From positions 4,102-68,101 of the forward strand of contig JABFRW010000055.1 of assembly GCA_013140805.1 (NCBI GenBank): 64,000 nt of DNA, read 5' to 3'. This DNA comes from Candidatus Eiseniibacteriota bacterium. GTDB lineage: Bacteria > Eisenbacteria > RBG-16-71-46. The notes under the pieces are model-generated. The model had not been told where the DNA came from. It saw only the letters and a list, made by a program, of their open reading frames with translations, and ran no database searches. This document shows, one piece after another, positions 50,027-59,387 of this stretch. A program made the position numbers and the translations under genes. Each line of letters begins with the position of its first letter. Within the stretch, counting starts at the first letter, position 1.

Positions 50027-50832
50027 TCCTGCCCCATCCAGCGGGGCTTGCGCTTCTCGAAGAACGCGGCGAGGCCGTCTTTCGCTTCGGCACCCGAGCG
50101 CACTTCGGCGAGCGTGCGAGGCAGTGCCGCGCGGTATTCCTCCCACGACGAGTCCGCCCACAGCTCGAGCAGCATCTTGATTCGCTTCTGCGCGCCGGGG
50201 CCGCCTTTCAGCAGCTCGCCGACCCGTTCGTCGACACGAGCGTCGAGTTCGGCCAACGGGACCAAGTAGTTGACGAGTCCCAGGCGCAGCGCGGTCGCGG
50301 CATCGAAGCGTTCACCGGTCAGCATCAGCTCGCGCGCGATGCGATCGCCCAGGCGTCGAATGACGTAGGGGCTGATGATCCCGGGCAGGATACCGAGCCG
50401 CACTTCGGTGAGTCCGAACTTCGCATCGTCACTCGCCACCACGATGTCGCATGCGCACACGAAGCCGACGCCGCCGCCATACACGCCACCATGGACGCGC
50501 CCCACTACCGGCTTGGGGAAGTCTGCGAGTGCTGCAAAGGTGCCGGCGAGCTTCTCGGCCTCGGCGAGATTCTGGTCGAAGCTCGCGTCGGCCGACGCCT
50601 TCATCGCGCCGATGTCGGCGCCGGCGCAGAACGACGGCCCGCGGCCGCCGAGCACCACGACGCGGACCTCGTCATCGTGCTCCAGGTCGTGCACGAGCTT
50701 CGCCAGCTCGGCGCCCACTTCGGGCGACAGGGCGTTGTGGAGTTCGGGCCGGTTGAACCACACCCGGGCGACCGGGCCCTTGCGTTCGACTTCCACCAGT
50801 GACATCGGGGCTCCTCGCGGACGACGCAGCAT
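50023..50832 (-). CDS. Enoyl-CoA hydratase/isomerase (crotonase) family, methylglutaconyl-CoA-hydratase-like
   Basis: ...VWFNRPELHNALS...VVVLGGRGPSFCAGADI...GRVHGGVYGGGVGFVCACDIVVASDDAKFGLTEVRLGILPG. Stop overlaps the GTG start of the carboxylase gene. Confidence 0.85.
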   Translation of the reverse strand: MLRRPRGAPMSLVEVERKGPVARVWFNRPELHNALSPEVGAELAKLVHDLEHDDEVRVVVLGGRGPSFCAGADIGAMKASADASFDQNLAEAEKLAGTFAALADFPKPVVGRVHGGVYGGGVGFVCACDIVVASDDAKFGLTEVRLGILPGIISPYVIRRLGDRIARELMLTGERFDAATALRLGLVNYLVPLAELDARVDERVGELLKGGPGAQKRIKMLLELWADSSWEEYRAALPRTLAEVRSGAEAKDGLAAFFEKRKPRWMGQE

Positions 50833-50835
50833 AGA

Positions 50836-51714
50836 TCAGCGCCCGCCGTTCTCCACGCGCACGCACTGCTCGAGCACGTTTCCGGCGACTTCCATACGGT
50901 AGTCGCTCTCGGAACGGATGTCGTCGATCGGTGTGAGGTCGCGCGCCAGCGCCGTGCGAGCGGCCGCGATGTCGGCGGCGCGACCGCGAGTCCCGAGCAG
51001 CGCCTGCTCGGCGGCACGCGCACGCTTCGGAACCGGCGCCATGCTGCCGTAGGCGATCCGCACGTGGTCGAACGCACCATTGCGACCGCGCCGCAGCAAC
51101 GTTGCGACCACGACCTTGGAGATACTCTGGGCGCGCCGCGTGCCGACCTTGCGAAAGAACGCACGCGCGCGTGGTGGCGACCATGGAATGATGACCGCGA
51201 CGATCAACTCGTCCGCCGCCAGCGCGAGCCGGCGATAGCCGAGGTAGAAGTCGTCGAGCGCCAGCGTACGGTCGCCACGAACCGAGCGCACCTGCACCAG
51301 CGCGTCGTGCGCGAGCAGCACCGGGAGCGAGTCGCCGGCCGGTGAGGCGTTCGCGATGTTGCCGGCGATCGTCGCGCGTTCCTGAATCTGCCACGCTCCG
51401 ACTTCACGCGCTGCGGCTGCCAGCGATGGCAATCGGCGCCGGATCTCGCGATGCTCGCGGAGCTGTCGGAAGGTCGCGAGCGCGCCGATCGTGACCGCCG
51501 CGCGTCCCACCCGCACACCACGCAGCCCGCGCAGCGACGACAGGTCGAGGTAGCGCCGCGCTTCGAGCGTGCCGGCGTTCAGATAGACGAACAGGTCGGT
51601 GCCGCCCGCGAGCGGCAGCGGTCGCAGCTCGGGGTCGTCGACAGCGAGCGACTGCAGGGCGTGATCGAGATCGCGCGGGCGAACGACTTCGAGCTGCGAG
51701 AGCGGCGCTTTCAC
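50836..51714 (-). CDS. Xanthine dehydrogenase family FAD-binding (medium) subunit
   Basis: ...LAGGTDLFVYLNAGTLEARRYLDLSSL...ATIAGNIANASPAGDSLPVLLAHDALV... (FAD_binding_5 plus CO-dehydrogenase flavoprotein C-domain). GTG at 51714 overlaps the 2Fe-2S subunit stop (GTGA). Confidence 0.8.
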   Translation of the reverse strand: MKAPLSQLEVVRPRDLDHALQSLAVDDPELRPLPLAGGTDLFVYLNAGTLEARRYLDLSSLRGLRGVRVGRAAVTIGALATFRQLREHREIRRRLPSLAAAAREVGAWQIQERATIAGNIANASPAGDSLPVLLAHDALVQVRSVRGDRTLALDDFYLGYRRLALAADELIVAVIIPWSPPRARAFFRKVGTRRAQSISKVVVATLLRRGRNGAFDHVRIAYGSMAPVPKRARAAEQALLGTRGRAADIAAARTALARDLTPIDDIRSESDYRMEVAGNVLEQCVRVENGGR

Positions 51715-52304
51715 CGCACACGGCTCTTGCGACGAGCGGGCGATACCTTGCGCGCAGGCTTCGCGCTTGCGGGCGTCGCGCGTGCGGGCTTCGCCGTCTT
51801 GAGCGTGGCGGCGGCACGCACCGCGTCGATGATCTTTTCGTAGCCGGTGCAGCGGCACAGATTGCCGGCCAGTGCTTCGCGCACCTGATCGGCGCTCGGC
51901 ACGCGTCCCTTCGATTGGGCGAGCAGTGCGGAGGCGCTCACCAGCATGCCGGGCGTGCAGATGCCGCACTGAGCGCCACCCATGGTGACGAACGCCTGCT
52001 GGAGTGCCGTGAGCCTGGGCCCCTTCGCGAGGCCTTCGACCGTGACGATCCTGGCCCCCTGGCACTGGACCGCCGGCACCAGACACGAGTTCACCGGCGC
52101 GCCGTTGAGCAGCACGCTGCACGCACCGCACTCGCCTTCGCCGCAACCTTCCTTGCTGCCAGTAAGCGCCAGGTCTTCGCGCAGCACGTCGAGCAGGCGC
52201 TTCATGGGTGGCACGTTCACTCGGCGCGAGCGCCCGTTGACGGTGAAGGTGAGGGTCGTGCGCGGCGCGCCGGCCACGGGCCTGGTGCCGCGAGGCGGAG
52301 TCAC
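51711..52304 (-). CDS. (2Fe-2S)-binding small subunit of the xanthine dehydrogenase family
   Basis: LTFTVNGRSRRVNVPPMKRLLDVLREDLALTGSKEGCGEGECGACSV...QCGICTPGM...NLCRCTGY, both [2Fe-2S] cysteine clusters. Confidence 0.9.
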   Translation of the reverse strand: MTPPRGTRPVAGAPRTTLTFTVNGRSRRVNVPPMKRLLDVLREDLALTGSKEGCGEGECGACSVLLNGAPVNSCLVPAVQCQGARIVTVEGLAKGPRLTALQQAFVTMGGAQCGICTPGMLVSASALLAQSKGRVPSADQVREALAGNLCRCTGYEKIIDAVRAAATLKTAKPARATPASAKPARKVSPARRKSRVR

Positions 52305-54616
52305 TTCACGCGCTCCGTGGCTCGCAGCGCGCGCAGCACCCGCTCGGGGGTCGCCGGAATCTCATCGAGCCACACGCCGGTCGCGTGCGCGATCGCAGCC
52401 AGCACTGCCGGCGCCGGCCCGTCCATCGGCATCTCGCCGACGCCCTTGGCGCCTTGCGGTCCGTGCGAGTACGGATTCTCGACCAGCAGCGTGTGGATGG
52501 GCGGCGCGTCCATCGAAGTCGGAATGATGTAGTTCGTGAGCTGGTGATTCCACACCCGGCCGTCGCGCCACCGCACTTCCTCGGTCAATGCCCAGCCGAG
52601 TGCTTGCAGTGTTCCGCCCTCGATCTGCCCTTCGCAGAGCACCGGATGGATCGCCTTTCCGATGTCCTGGGCGGTGACCACGTTCAGCACCTGGACCTCT
52701 CCGGTGTCGAGATCGACCTCGACCTCGACACTGCACGCTGCGTAGCCGAACACGCCATACGCGTCGCCGGTGTAGTTCTCGTCGCTCCAGCGGATCTTGG
52801 GGGGCTTCAAGTACTCCTCTTCGACGCGCAGCGCGCCGTGCGCGGTGAGGTGTCGTTTCGCCGCGCGGCGAAAGCCCTCGTCGCCGGCGTAGTCGCCGAG
52901 CTTCGAGCGCATCCCGCGTGCGCAACGCTCCACCAACCCACCCACCACCATGAGCGTGCGCGAGGCGACCGTCGGTCCACTGTCGGGCACCCTCGCAGTG
53001 TCGGGGTTCTCGATCACCACCAGTTGCGGACTCACGCCGAGCGCGTCGGCCGCGAACTGCGCGAAGATCGTATTGGTGCCCTGACCGATCTCGGTGCTTC
53101 CCGCCAGCACGCGCGGTCGTCCGTCCGCCGTCAGATCCATCGCGGCGCGCGAGGCGAGCCTCACCTCGCCGCTGCCGGTGAAGCCGGCGCCGTGATAGAC
53201 GAGCGACATCCCGATGCCGCGACGCAAGCGACGACTCTTTGCCCCGCGACGCTCCGCTCGCGCCGCCGCGGCGTTGGCACGCGGGAAGTCGCGACGCTTG
53301 GCCTTCCAGCCGGCGTGTGCCGCAGTCTGCTCGAGCACCTCGTGAGCACTCACGCTCTCTTCGAGCACCTGGCCGGTCGGTGTGACGTCTCCGATCACCA
53401 CCGCGTTTCGGCGACGCAGCTCGACCGGATCGAGCGAGAGTCGCTCGGCGATCGCATCCAGGTGTCGCTCCATCGCGAACTCGGTCTGCGGCGCGCCGAA
53501 GCCACGGAACGCACCGTTCGGGGGCGTGTTGGTTGCAACCGCGCGCGCGCGGATCCGGATCGCCGGGTGACGGTAAGGACCGCCAGCGTGAATGGCACCA
53601 CGCGACAACACCACCGGCGAGAGCGTCACGTAGGCACCGCCATCCATCACCACGTCCATGTCGGTACCGAGCAACCGGCCGTCGCTCGCGACCGCGGTGC
53701 GACAGCGGATCACGGCCGGGTGCCGCTTGGTGGTCGCCGCGATGTCTTCGAGGCGGTCGTAGACGATCTTGACCGGACGCCCGCTCTTCCACGCCAGCAA
53801 CGAGGCGTGCGCCGCGATGATGCTCGGGTACTCCTCCTTGCCGCCGAATCCGCCGCCCGTGACGGTCTGCGCGACGCGCACCTGATCACCGGCGAGTGCG
53901 AACGCGCGGCACAGCGCCTTGTGCACGTAGTAGGGGCACTGAAGCGAGCCGCGCACGTAGAGCCCGCCATCCGGCAGGCGCTCGGCGAGCATCGCGTTGT
54001 TCTCGATGTAGAGCTGCTCCTGATGACCGCAGCGGTACGTGCCTTCGACCACGATCGCGCCGGGTGTGCGGAACGCAGCATCGAGATCACCGCGCGCGAT
54101 CACGATCTCCTTGAATACGTTGTCGTCGCCAAAGATCACGTGCTTGCGCGCGAGCGAGTCCTCCACCGTGAGCACCGGCTCCAGCGGTTCGTATTCGATC
54201 GACACCGCGCGCAACGCTGCCTCCACGCGCTCGGCACTCTCGTGCGCGAGCAGCAGTATCGGCTCCTCGGCGTGCCTCACCTCGTCCACGACCAGCAGCG
54301 GCTGATCGTCCACGATCAGCGCGACCAGGTTCTCACCCGGAATGTCGCGCCAGTCGGCGACCGTGACACCGCTCCAGTCGAACGCGGGATCGAGCGTGAT
54401 CTTCTTGGTTCGTCCGCGAGCGATCGTGGAGCGCACGGTGCGCCCGTGCAGCGCTCCCGGCGCGGCAACGTCGTCCAGGTAGAGCGCCCGGCCGGTGACC
54501 TTCTCGTAGGCTTCGAGCTTGGGGATCGAGGTGCCGATGGAGCGCGTCGCACCGGACTCAGACGAGCGACGGGGCAATGGGCGAGAGCGAGAAGCGGCCG
54601 GAGCGGTGCGGGGCAT
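52301..54616 (-). CDS. Molybdopterin-binding large subunit of the xanthine dehydrogenase / aldehyde oxidase family
   Basis: 771 aa; N-terminal a/b-hammerhead (KLEAYEKVTGRALYLDDV) and molybdopterin-binding domains (...GGGFGGKEEY...). The three subunits are translationally coupled in L-S-M order. Confidence 0.85.
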   Translation of the reverse strand: MPRTAPAASRSRPLPRRSSESGATRSIGTSIPKLEAYEKVTGRALYLDDVAAPGALHGRTVRSTIARGRTKKITLDPAFDWSGVTVADWRDIPGENLVALIVDDQPLLVVDEVRHAEEPILLLAHESAERVEAALRAVSIEYEPLEPVLTVEDSLARKHVIFGDDNVFKEIVIARGDLDAAFRTPGAIVVEGTYRCGHQEQLYIENNAMLAERLPDGGLYVRGSLQCPYYVHKALCRAFALAGDQVRVAQTVTGGGFGGKEEYPSIIAAHASLLAWKSGRPVKIVYDRLEDIAATTKRHPAVIRCRTAVASDGRLLGTDMDVVMDGGAYVTLSPVVLSRGAIHAGGPYRHPAIRIRARAVATNTPPNGAFRGFGAPQTEFAMERHLDAIAERLSLDPVELRRRNAVVIGDVTPTGQVLEESVSAHEVLEQTAAHAGWKAKRRDFPRANAAAARAERRGAKSRRLRRGIGMSLVYHGAGFTGSGEVRLASRAAMDLTADGRPRVLAGSTEIGQGTNTIFAQFAADALGVSPQLVVIENPDTARVPDSGPTVASRTLMVVGGLVERCARGMRSKLGDYAGDEGFRRAAKRHLTAHGALRVEEEYLKPPKIRWSDENYTGDAYGVFGYAACSVEVEVDLDTGEVQVLNVVTAQDIGKAIHPVLCEGQIEGGTLQALGWALTEEVRWRDGRVWNHQLTNYIIPTSMDAPPIHTLLVENPYSHGPQGAKGVGEMPMDGPAPAVLAAIAHATGVWLDEIPATPERVLRALRATERVK

Positions 54617-54643
54617 TGACGGAATGTAGCTGCTCCAACCCTT

Positions 54644-55191
54644 CTAAGGCGACCTCCAGAACCCGATCGAGCCCGCGGGCACGCCCGACCCTGCGTTCGC
54701 CTGACCGCAAGCCGCCATCACGAGCGATCCGTCCGGAAGCTCGATCGCGTCGGGCGAAAGCACGCGCAGGCTGTTCCAACTTCCGAGCACCGGGCTGAGC
54801 ACCGGACCGTTTCCCATGCGTGTCCACGCGACGCCGTCGTCGGGCGATAGATCGGTGCGCCGGAGCGAGACTACGAACGGCCCTCGGCATCGAACGCCGT
54901 CATCATGCCGATCGCCGGCTCGACGAAGCCTGTGTCGCGATAGCTCAGGTAGAAGAGTCGCAGCGCGCCGCTCGCTCAGTCGCGGACCAGGCACGGATCG
55001 CCCATGCCGAAGCAATCGGCAGCCGGGCAGGGCGAGGTCGCCATCGCCGACTGCGGACCGATCTCACTCCACACGACTCCAATCGGATCGGTCGGCGATG
55101 GGCGAATGGGATCGTCGGAACCACCGCCGGCGAGCGCGAGTAGCAGGAACGTGAGCCACGCGCGATGAGGGTTTGAGACTCGCACCGCCAC
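54644..55191 (-). pseudogene. Degraded fragment of a secreted beta-propeller glycoside-hydrolase/BNR-like gene (two overlapping frames)
   Basis: ORF 54976..55191 carries a signal peptide (MAVRVSNPHRAWLTFLLLALAGGGS). ORF 54644..55015, in another frame, carries ...DGVAWTRMGNGPVLSPVLGSWNSLRVLSPDAIELPDGSLVMAACGQ. Far too short for an intact enzyme. Confidence 0.35.
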
Positions 55192-55346
55192 AGACGAGGG
55201 GAGGTGATCCAGGTCAGCCAGACCGCCTGTTCCGGTCGAAATTCTTTCGGCCTGTGCTGTTTTCGCTGGCCGCGCCCCGATTTCGGTGCTGAACTCTCGG
55301 CCTCACCGAGGCAAAGATCGACGGTGCCGGTTCCGATAACCCGCGC

Positions 55347-57230
55347 ATGCGATGCCTCCTGTGTTTCACCGTCGTTTCCATGCCGCTGCTCCTGTCGATG
55401 CCCGCAAGCGCGAAGCGTGCTCCCCGGATCGAATCGCCATTCTGGGCGAACGCGCATCCACTCGGAGTCCCTGGCGCAGGTCCGATCGAGTTCCATGAAC
55501 AGACCGAAGGCTTGGGCTTCGTGCGGCTGCATGTCGATATCGACTCTGCTCGGGCGGCGAGGCTGAACGCCGCTGGGCCCTGGGAATACTGCTTTCAGTA
55601 CTGGTTCCGGTCCGAGTGCGCGACTCCGAACTCGGACCCCCGCCCCGCGGCGTCACGCTTCCGAATTCCGTACCACGGAGACAACGAGCCCATCTGGGAG
55701 CAGTTGTTCGACTCGCGGTCGCCCGAAGAGATGATCGTGAGCGAGGGCTACGACCTCGTCGCCGGCACGGTGCTCGAGTCCGACTCGATCGGGGTGAATC
55801 GCCACCCGCCGGGTTGCCGAGTTCGGGTAGACGAAGTCTTCAACGGAGAAGTTCGCCCGGGCCGGGAACTGCGAGTGCGCTGGCGCCCGACGCCACTCTT
55901 CCTGCTGTGTGGCACCGGAGAGGATGCCCACGTCGCGCAGTGGGGACGCACCGCGCTCCCCGGCCCGGTTGTCGGCGCGCGATGGATCTCTGCGGGCGTG
56001 CGGTCGGCGAATGGTCAGGAGTGGATCAGCTTTGAACGCCTCCGCTGGATGCACGCGGACTCGCTACGTGACTACTTCCGGCAGGAGTCGAGTTCCTGGA
56101 CACGCGCGCTTCGAAGAATGCGCAGGGAGTTCGATGACTTGCTCGGCCCCGGAATCCGACAGCTACGACGGGACCACGCCGAGCGGGCCGCGCAGGCGGT
56201 CGAAGAGGAACGGAGGTGGCTCGACACGGCCGAACATCTCGCGGCAGATGCGGATCTGCGGAGGTTGTCGCTCGCTGCGGACCAAATTGCGATCGGAGAG
56301 TTGACCCTGCCGGACTTTCCGACTCGACGGGACGCGGTTCTGCGCGTGACCGAGCATCTCGCAGGCTTTCGGGCGGTCGAAGCGGAGTCGACGCTGCAGC
56401 TGTTCGCCGCGCAACGCGAGGACTCGGTGGTCTCCTTCTGGAGTCGCCGACCCCCGGACTTGCGCCCCGGGCCCGATTCGGGCCGACCCGTCCGTTGCAT
56501 CGCGTTTCTGTGCCGATCGCTGATGCCGGTGTGGGCCGGCGAGCCGCGGCCTGCCTACCGATTGGTCGACGGCAGGAGTGGATTGCTGTTGGCCGACGCG
56601 GAAACGGTTCAGCGACTTCGACGGATCCTGAAGTCGGCGCGAACGGCTTCGGGAGTACGCCGCGAAGTCCGGCCGCAAGTCCTTGGCACGGGTTCGACGA
56701 TCGCCGACTCGGAGCTCGGAAGCGTCGCGATCAAGTTCACGCCGCTGAACGATCCGTCGAGCCCCACACGACGCGCCCGAACGCTGATCGTGACGTCGCT
56801 TCTCAAGGCGGTCGAAGGGGGAACAGGCTGGTTTCTCTCGCGGGCAGCGCCGTTCGTCAGCTATCGCAGCGACTTCTCGGTCCCCAACCGGACGTTCGGG
56901 ATCACTCATTCGGAGGTCCGCAGCCTGCTTGATTCGCTTGCAACACTGCAGGGAGTGGGTGCTCGCGGCATCGCGCCGAACTGGAATCTCAGTATCTCGG
57001 TTCGAACGGTGGCGAGCGGAAACGAAGCGGAATTCGAACTCACGCTCGACGAGGATCAGATCCCTCAGCTCGGAAGGATCTTTGCGAGAGTGCTCAGGGC
57101 GGGCCCACTTCCGCCAAGTTCTGAAGGTGCGGTGTTCACGAAAGACGTTCGGACGATCAACATCGAGGCGTGGTTGGAGTCGATCGGACACGGCGCGCTC
57201 GAAGCCTTCGCCGTGGCTCGAGCTCAATAG
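55347..57230 (+). CDS. Orphan secreted protein, 627 aa, no recognisable domain; lower-GC, atypical codon usage
   Basis: Signal peptide MRCLLCFTVVSMPLLLSMPASA. Coding periodicity is clear, but third-codon-position GC is well below that of neighbouring genes (local GC about 57-60%). The overlapping minus-strand ORF 56163..57254 looks spurious. Confidence 0.6.
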   Translation: MRCLLCFTVVSMPLLLSMPASAKRAPRIESPFWANAHPLGVPGAGPIEFHEQTEGLGFVRLHVDIDSARAARLNAAGPWEYCFQYWFRSECATPNSDPRPAASRFRIPYHGDNEPIWEQLFDSRSPEEMIVSEGYDLVAGTVLESDSIGVNRHPPGCRVRVDEVFNGEVRPGRELRVRWRPTPLFLLCGTGEDAHVAQWGRTALPGPVVGARWISAGVRSANGQEWISFERLRWMHADSLRDYFRQESSSWTRALRRMRREFDDLLGPGIRQLRRDHAERAAQAVEEERRWLDTAEHLAADADLRRLSLAADQIAIGELTLPDFPTRRDAVLRVTEHLAGFRAVEAESTLQLFAAQREDSVVSFWSRRPPDLRPGPDSGRPVRCIAFLCRSLMPVWAGEPRPAYRLVDGRSGLLLADAETVQRLRRILKSARTASGVRREVRPQVLGTGSTIADSELGSVAIKFTPLNDPSSPTRRARTLIVTSLLKAVEGGTGWFLSRAAPFVSYRSDFSVPNRTFGITHSEVRSLLDSLATLQGVGARGIAPNWNLSISVRTVASGNEAEFELTLDEDQIPQLGRIFARVLRAGPLPPSSEGAVFTKDVRTINIEAWLESIGHGALEAFAVARAQ

Positions 57231-57240
57231 TCCTTCTCCC

Positions 57241-57987
57241 CTACAACGCGACATCCCGGTTCACATCCTTGTAGTAGAGGTATCTCGACGGGGCACTCCC
57301 GGTGGCATAGAACGACTGCGGGCAGTAGGGCCCCATCCAGATGAAGTCACCCGCCTTCACCTCGCGCCATGTGTCGCCCAGGTAGTAGAGCCCCTGCCCT
57401 TCGAGCATCACGAGGCCGTGCTCCATGACGTGAGTCTCCGTCACGCCGAGTGAGAACCCGGGAGGAAACGTGAAGATGTTCATCTCCATGTCGAACGACG
57501 GTTCCACTGGCAGCAGCTTCTTCAGCAGCAGTTCGGTGAACCCGTTGAAGACCTCACCCTTCATGTCGTGCTCATTGCCGACTACTTCATGTGCCGCGAG
57601 CCCTGCGTGCGGCTGATAGCGCTTCTTGATCCACGTCACAGCCGCCGCGTCGCGCGCGCGCAGCTCGAATGAGGAGCCGGGCGCGAGGAATGCGAAGCCG
57701 CCGGGTGCGAGCGAGTGCTGGCGGCCGCCCACCGTCAGCTCGACGTTTCCCGAGATCACATAGAAGAACGCCTCGATACCGGCATCCAGAATGTGATGAC
57801 CGCCGCCCTTCGGCTGCAGATCGAGCCGGTACTGAGCGAAGCGCGCACCCATCGCGGGCGCGGTCAGGATTCGGACCGCGGTCTGCTCCCAGCCGGGCAG
57901 CGTGCTCTCGGGAATTCCGTCGGGCGGAAGGATCGCGAAGTTGCGAGCGACGACGGCGCGGCTCGTGACGAGGCCCGACTGCGGCAT
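57241..57987 (-). CDS. (S)-ureidoglycine aminohydrolase (bicupin)
   Basis: ...FAILPPDG...YVISGNVELTVGG...DMEMNIFTFPPGFSLGVTETHVMEHGLVMLEGQGLYYLGDTWREVKAGDFIWMGPYCPQSFYATG matches the UGlyAH/AllE bicupin family. ATG at 57987. Confidence 0.8.
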   Translation of the reverse strand: MPQSGLVTSRAVVARNFAILPPDGIPESTLPGWEQTAVRILTAPAMGARFAQYRLDLQPKGGGHHILDAGIEAFFYVISGNVELTVGGRQHSLAPGGFAFLAPGSSFELRARDAAAVTWIKKRYQPHAGLAAHEVVGNEHDMKGEVFNGFTELLLKKLLPVEPSFDMEMNIFTFPPGFSLGVTETHVMEHGLVMLEGQGLYYLGDTWREVKAGDFIWMGPYCPQSFYATGSAPSRYLYYKDVNRDVAL

Positions 57988-58037
57988 GACGGCTCCCCTG
58001 TTGTAGTGTGCGCGGCTCAACCGTTTGAGGAGATGCC

Positions 58038-59387
58038 ATGCGCACCGTGATTCGACCCGAGCACTCGCGCGACCTGCTCGCGCGGCTCGCCGAGGCCAAT
58101 CAGAAGTTCGCGGCAATGTATCCCGGCGACCGGCTCGACCGCCAGCCCGTGCACACCGTCTACGGCGGCGCGCAACTGTTCACCGCCGACACCACACGCA
58201 AGCTCGGAGCGGTCGCGGTTCGCACGCTCGAGGAGTACGCGCCCGACGCGGCGACGCTCGCGAGAGCGGTCGGCCTCGAAGGCGACTCGGCCTTTCAACG
58301 CACGGTCTACGAGCGCGTAAGAGCCAAGCTCGAGCACGATCCGATCGAGGACTTCCGCATCGACTTCGAGGACGGCTACGGCTTCCGTCCCGACGCCGAG
58401 GAGGACCACGACGCAGTCCGCAACGGCGAAGAAGTCGCGCGCGGCATGCAGGAGCAACTGCTGCCCGGCGCGATCGGCATTCGGATCAAGCCGTACACCG
58501 AGGAGCTGCACCTGCGATCGATTCGCACCCTCGACCTCTTCCTGAGCACCCTGCTGGCGCAAAGCGGCGGCAAGCTGCCGTCGAACTTCTGCGTGACGCT
58601 GCCGAAGATCACCTCGCCCGCTCAGGTCGAGGCGTTTGTCGGCATGCTCGCGATCATCGAACGCGAACACGGGCTCGTCGCGGGATCGATCCCGATCGAG
58701 CTGATGGTCGAGACCACGCTCAGCATCTTCGACGCCGAGCGGCGCGTGGCACTGCCGGCGCTGATCGCCGCGGCCGGCGGTCGCGTGCGCGGCGCTCACT
58801 TCGGCACCTACGACTACACCGCGAACTGCAACATCACCGCGCGCCATCAGCAGCCGCAGCATCCGGCCTGCGACTTTGCGCGCCACGTCATGCAGGTGAG
58901 TCTCGCCGGGACCGGCGTGACGCTGTCCGACGGCGCGACCACGGTGATGCCGGTCGGTCCGCACCGCGCCGCCGCCGGCCAGTCGCTGACCTCGAAGCAG
59001 CTCGACGAGAACCGCCGCGCCGTCCATCACGGCTGGCGCGTGCACTTCGACGACGTCCGCAGTTCCCTGCGCCACGCCTACTACCAGGGCTGGGATCTGA
59101 ACCCCGCGCAGCTGCCTTCGCGCTACGCCGCGGTGTTCTCGTTCTTCCTCGAGTCACGCGCCGAGGCCGCGGCACGACTGCGAGCCTTCGTCGACAAGGC
59201 GGCGCAGGCCACCCTGCTCGGGCAGGTGTTCGACGACGCAGCGACCGGCCAGGGCCTGCTCAACTTCTTCCTGCGCGGGCTGTCGTGCGGCGCGATCACC
59301 GAAGACGAAGCACTCGCGACCGGCGTGACACTCGAAGAGTTTCATGGCCGCAGCTTCGTCAAGATGCTGAAGGGCCGGGACGCCTGA
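58038..59387 (+). CDS. Unassigned 449-aa protein with DxED motif, possibly a CitE/HpcH/malate-synthase-like TIM-barrel lyase
   Basis: RIDFEDGYGF... resembles the D-x-E-D metal/substrate motif of the citrate lyase beta / malyl-CoA lyase / malate synthase superfamily. Divergent from the ureidoglycine aminohydrolase gene and preceded by a GAGGAG RBS. Family assignment is tentative. Confidence 0.45.
   Translation: MRTVIRPEHSRDLLARLAEANQKFAAMYPGDRLDRQPVHTVYGGAQLFTADTTRKLGAVAVRTLEEYAPDAATLARAVGLEGDSAFQRTVYERVRAKLEHDPIEDFRIDFEDGYGFRPDAEEDHDAVRNGEEVARGMQEQLLPGAIGIRIKPYTEELHLRSIRTLDLFLSTLLAQSGGKLPSNFCVTLPKITSPAQVEAFVGMLAIIEREHGLVAGSIPIELMVETTLSIFDAERRVALPALIAAAGGRVRGAHFGTYDYTANCNITARHQQPQHPACDFARHVMQVSLAGTGVTLSDGATTVMPVGPHRAAAGQSLTSKQLDENRRAVHHGWRVHFDDVRSSLRHAYYQGWDLNPAQLPSRYAAVFSFFLESRAEAAARLRAFVDKAAQATLLGQVFDDAATGQGLLNFFLRGLSCGAITEDEALATGVTLEEFHGRSFVKMLKGRDA

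Noticed and set aside
52385-54619. 744-aa plus-strand ORF
   Set aside because: Antisense to the molybdopterin large-subunit gene.
56163-57254. 363-aa minus-strand ORF overlapping the orphan 627-aa gene
   Set aside because: Arg-rich low-complexity translation. The plus-strand ORF has a signal peptide and a more protein-like composition.
58025-59386. N-terminal 450 aa of the 645-aa plus-strand ORF (58025..59962)
   Set aside because: Off-frame read-through of the 58038..59387 gene. Only the last 191 aa (59387..59962, TMEM175-like) are real, and they start with their own ATG.
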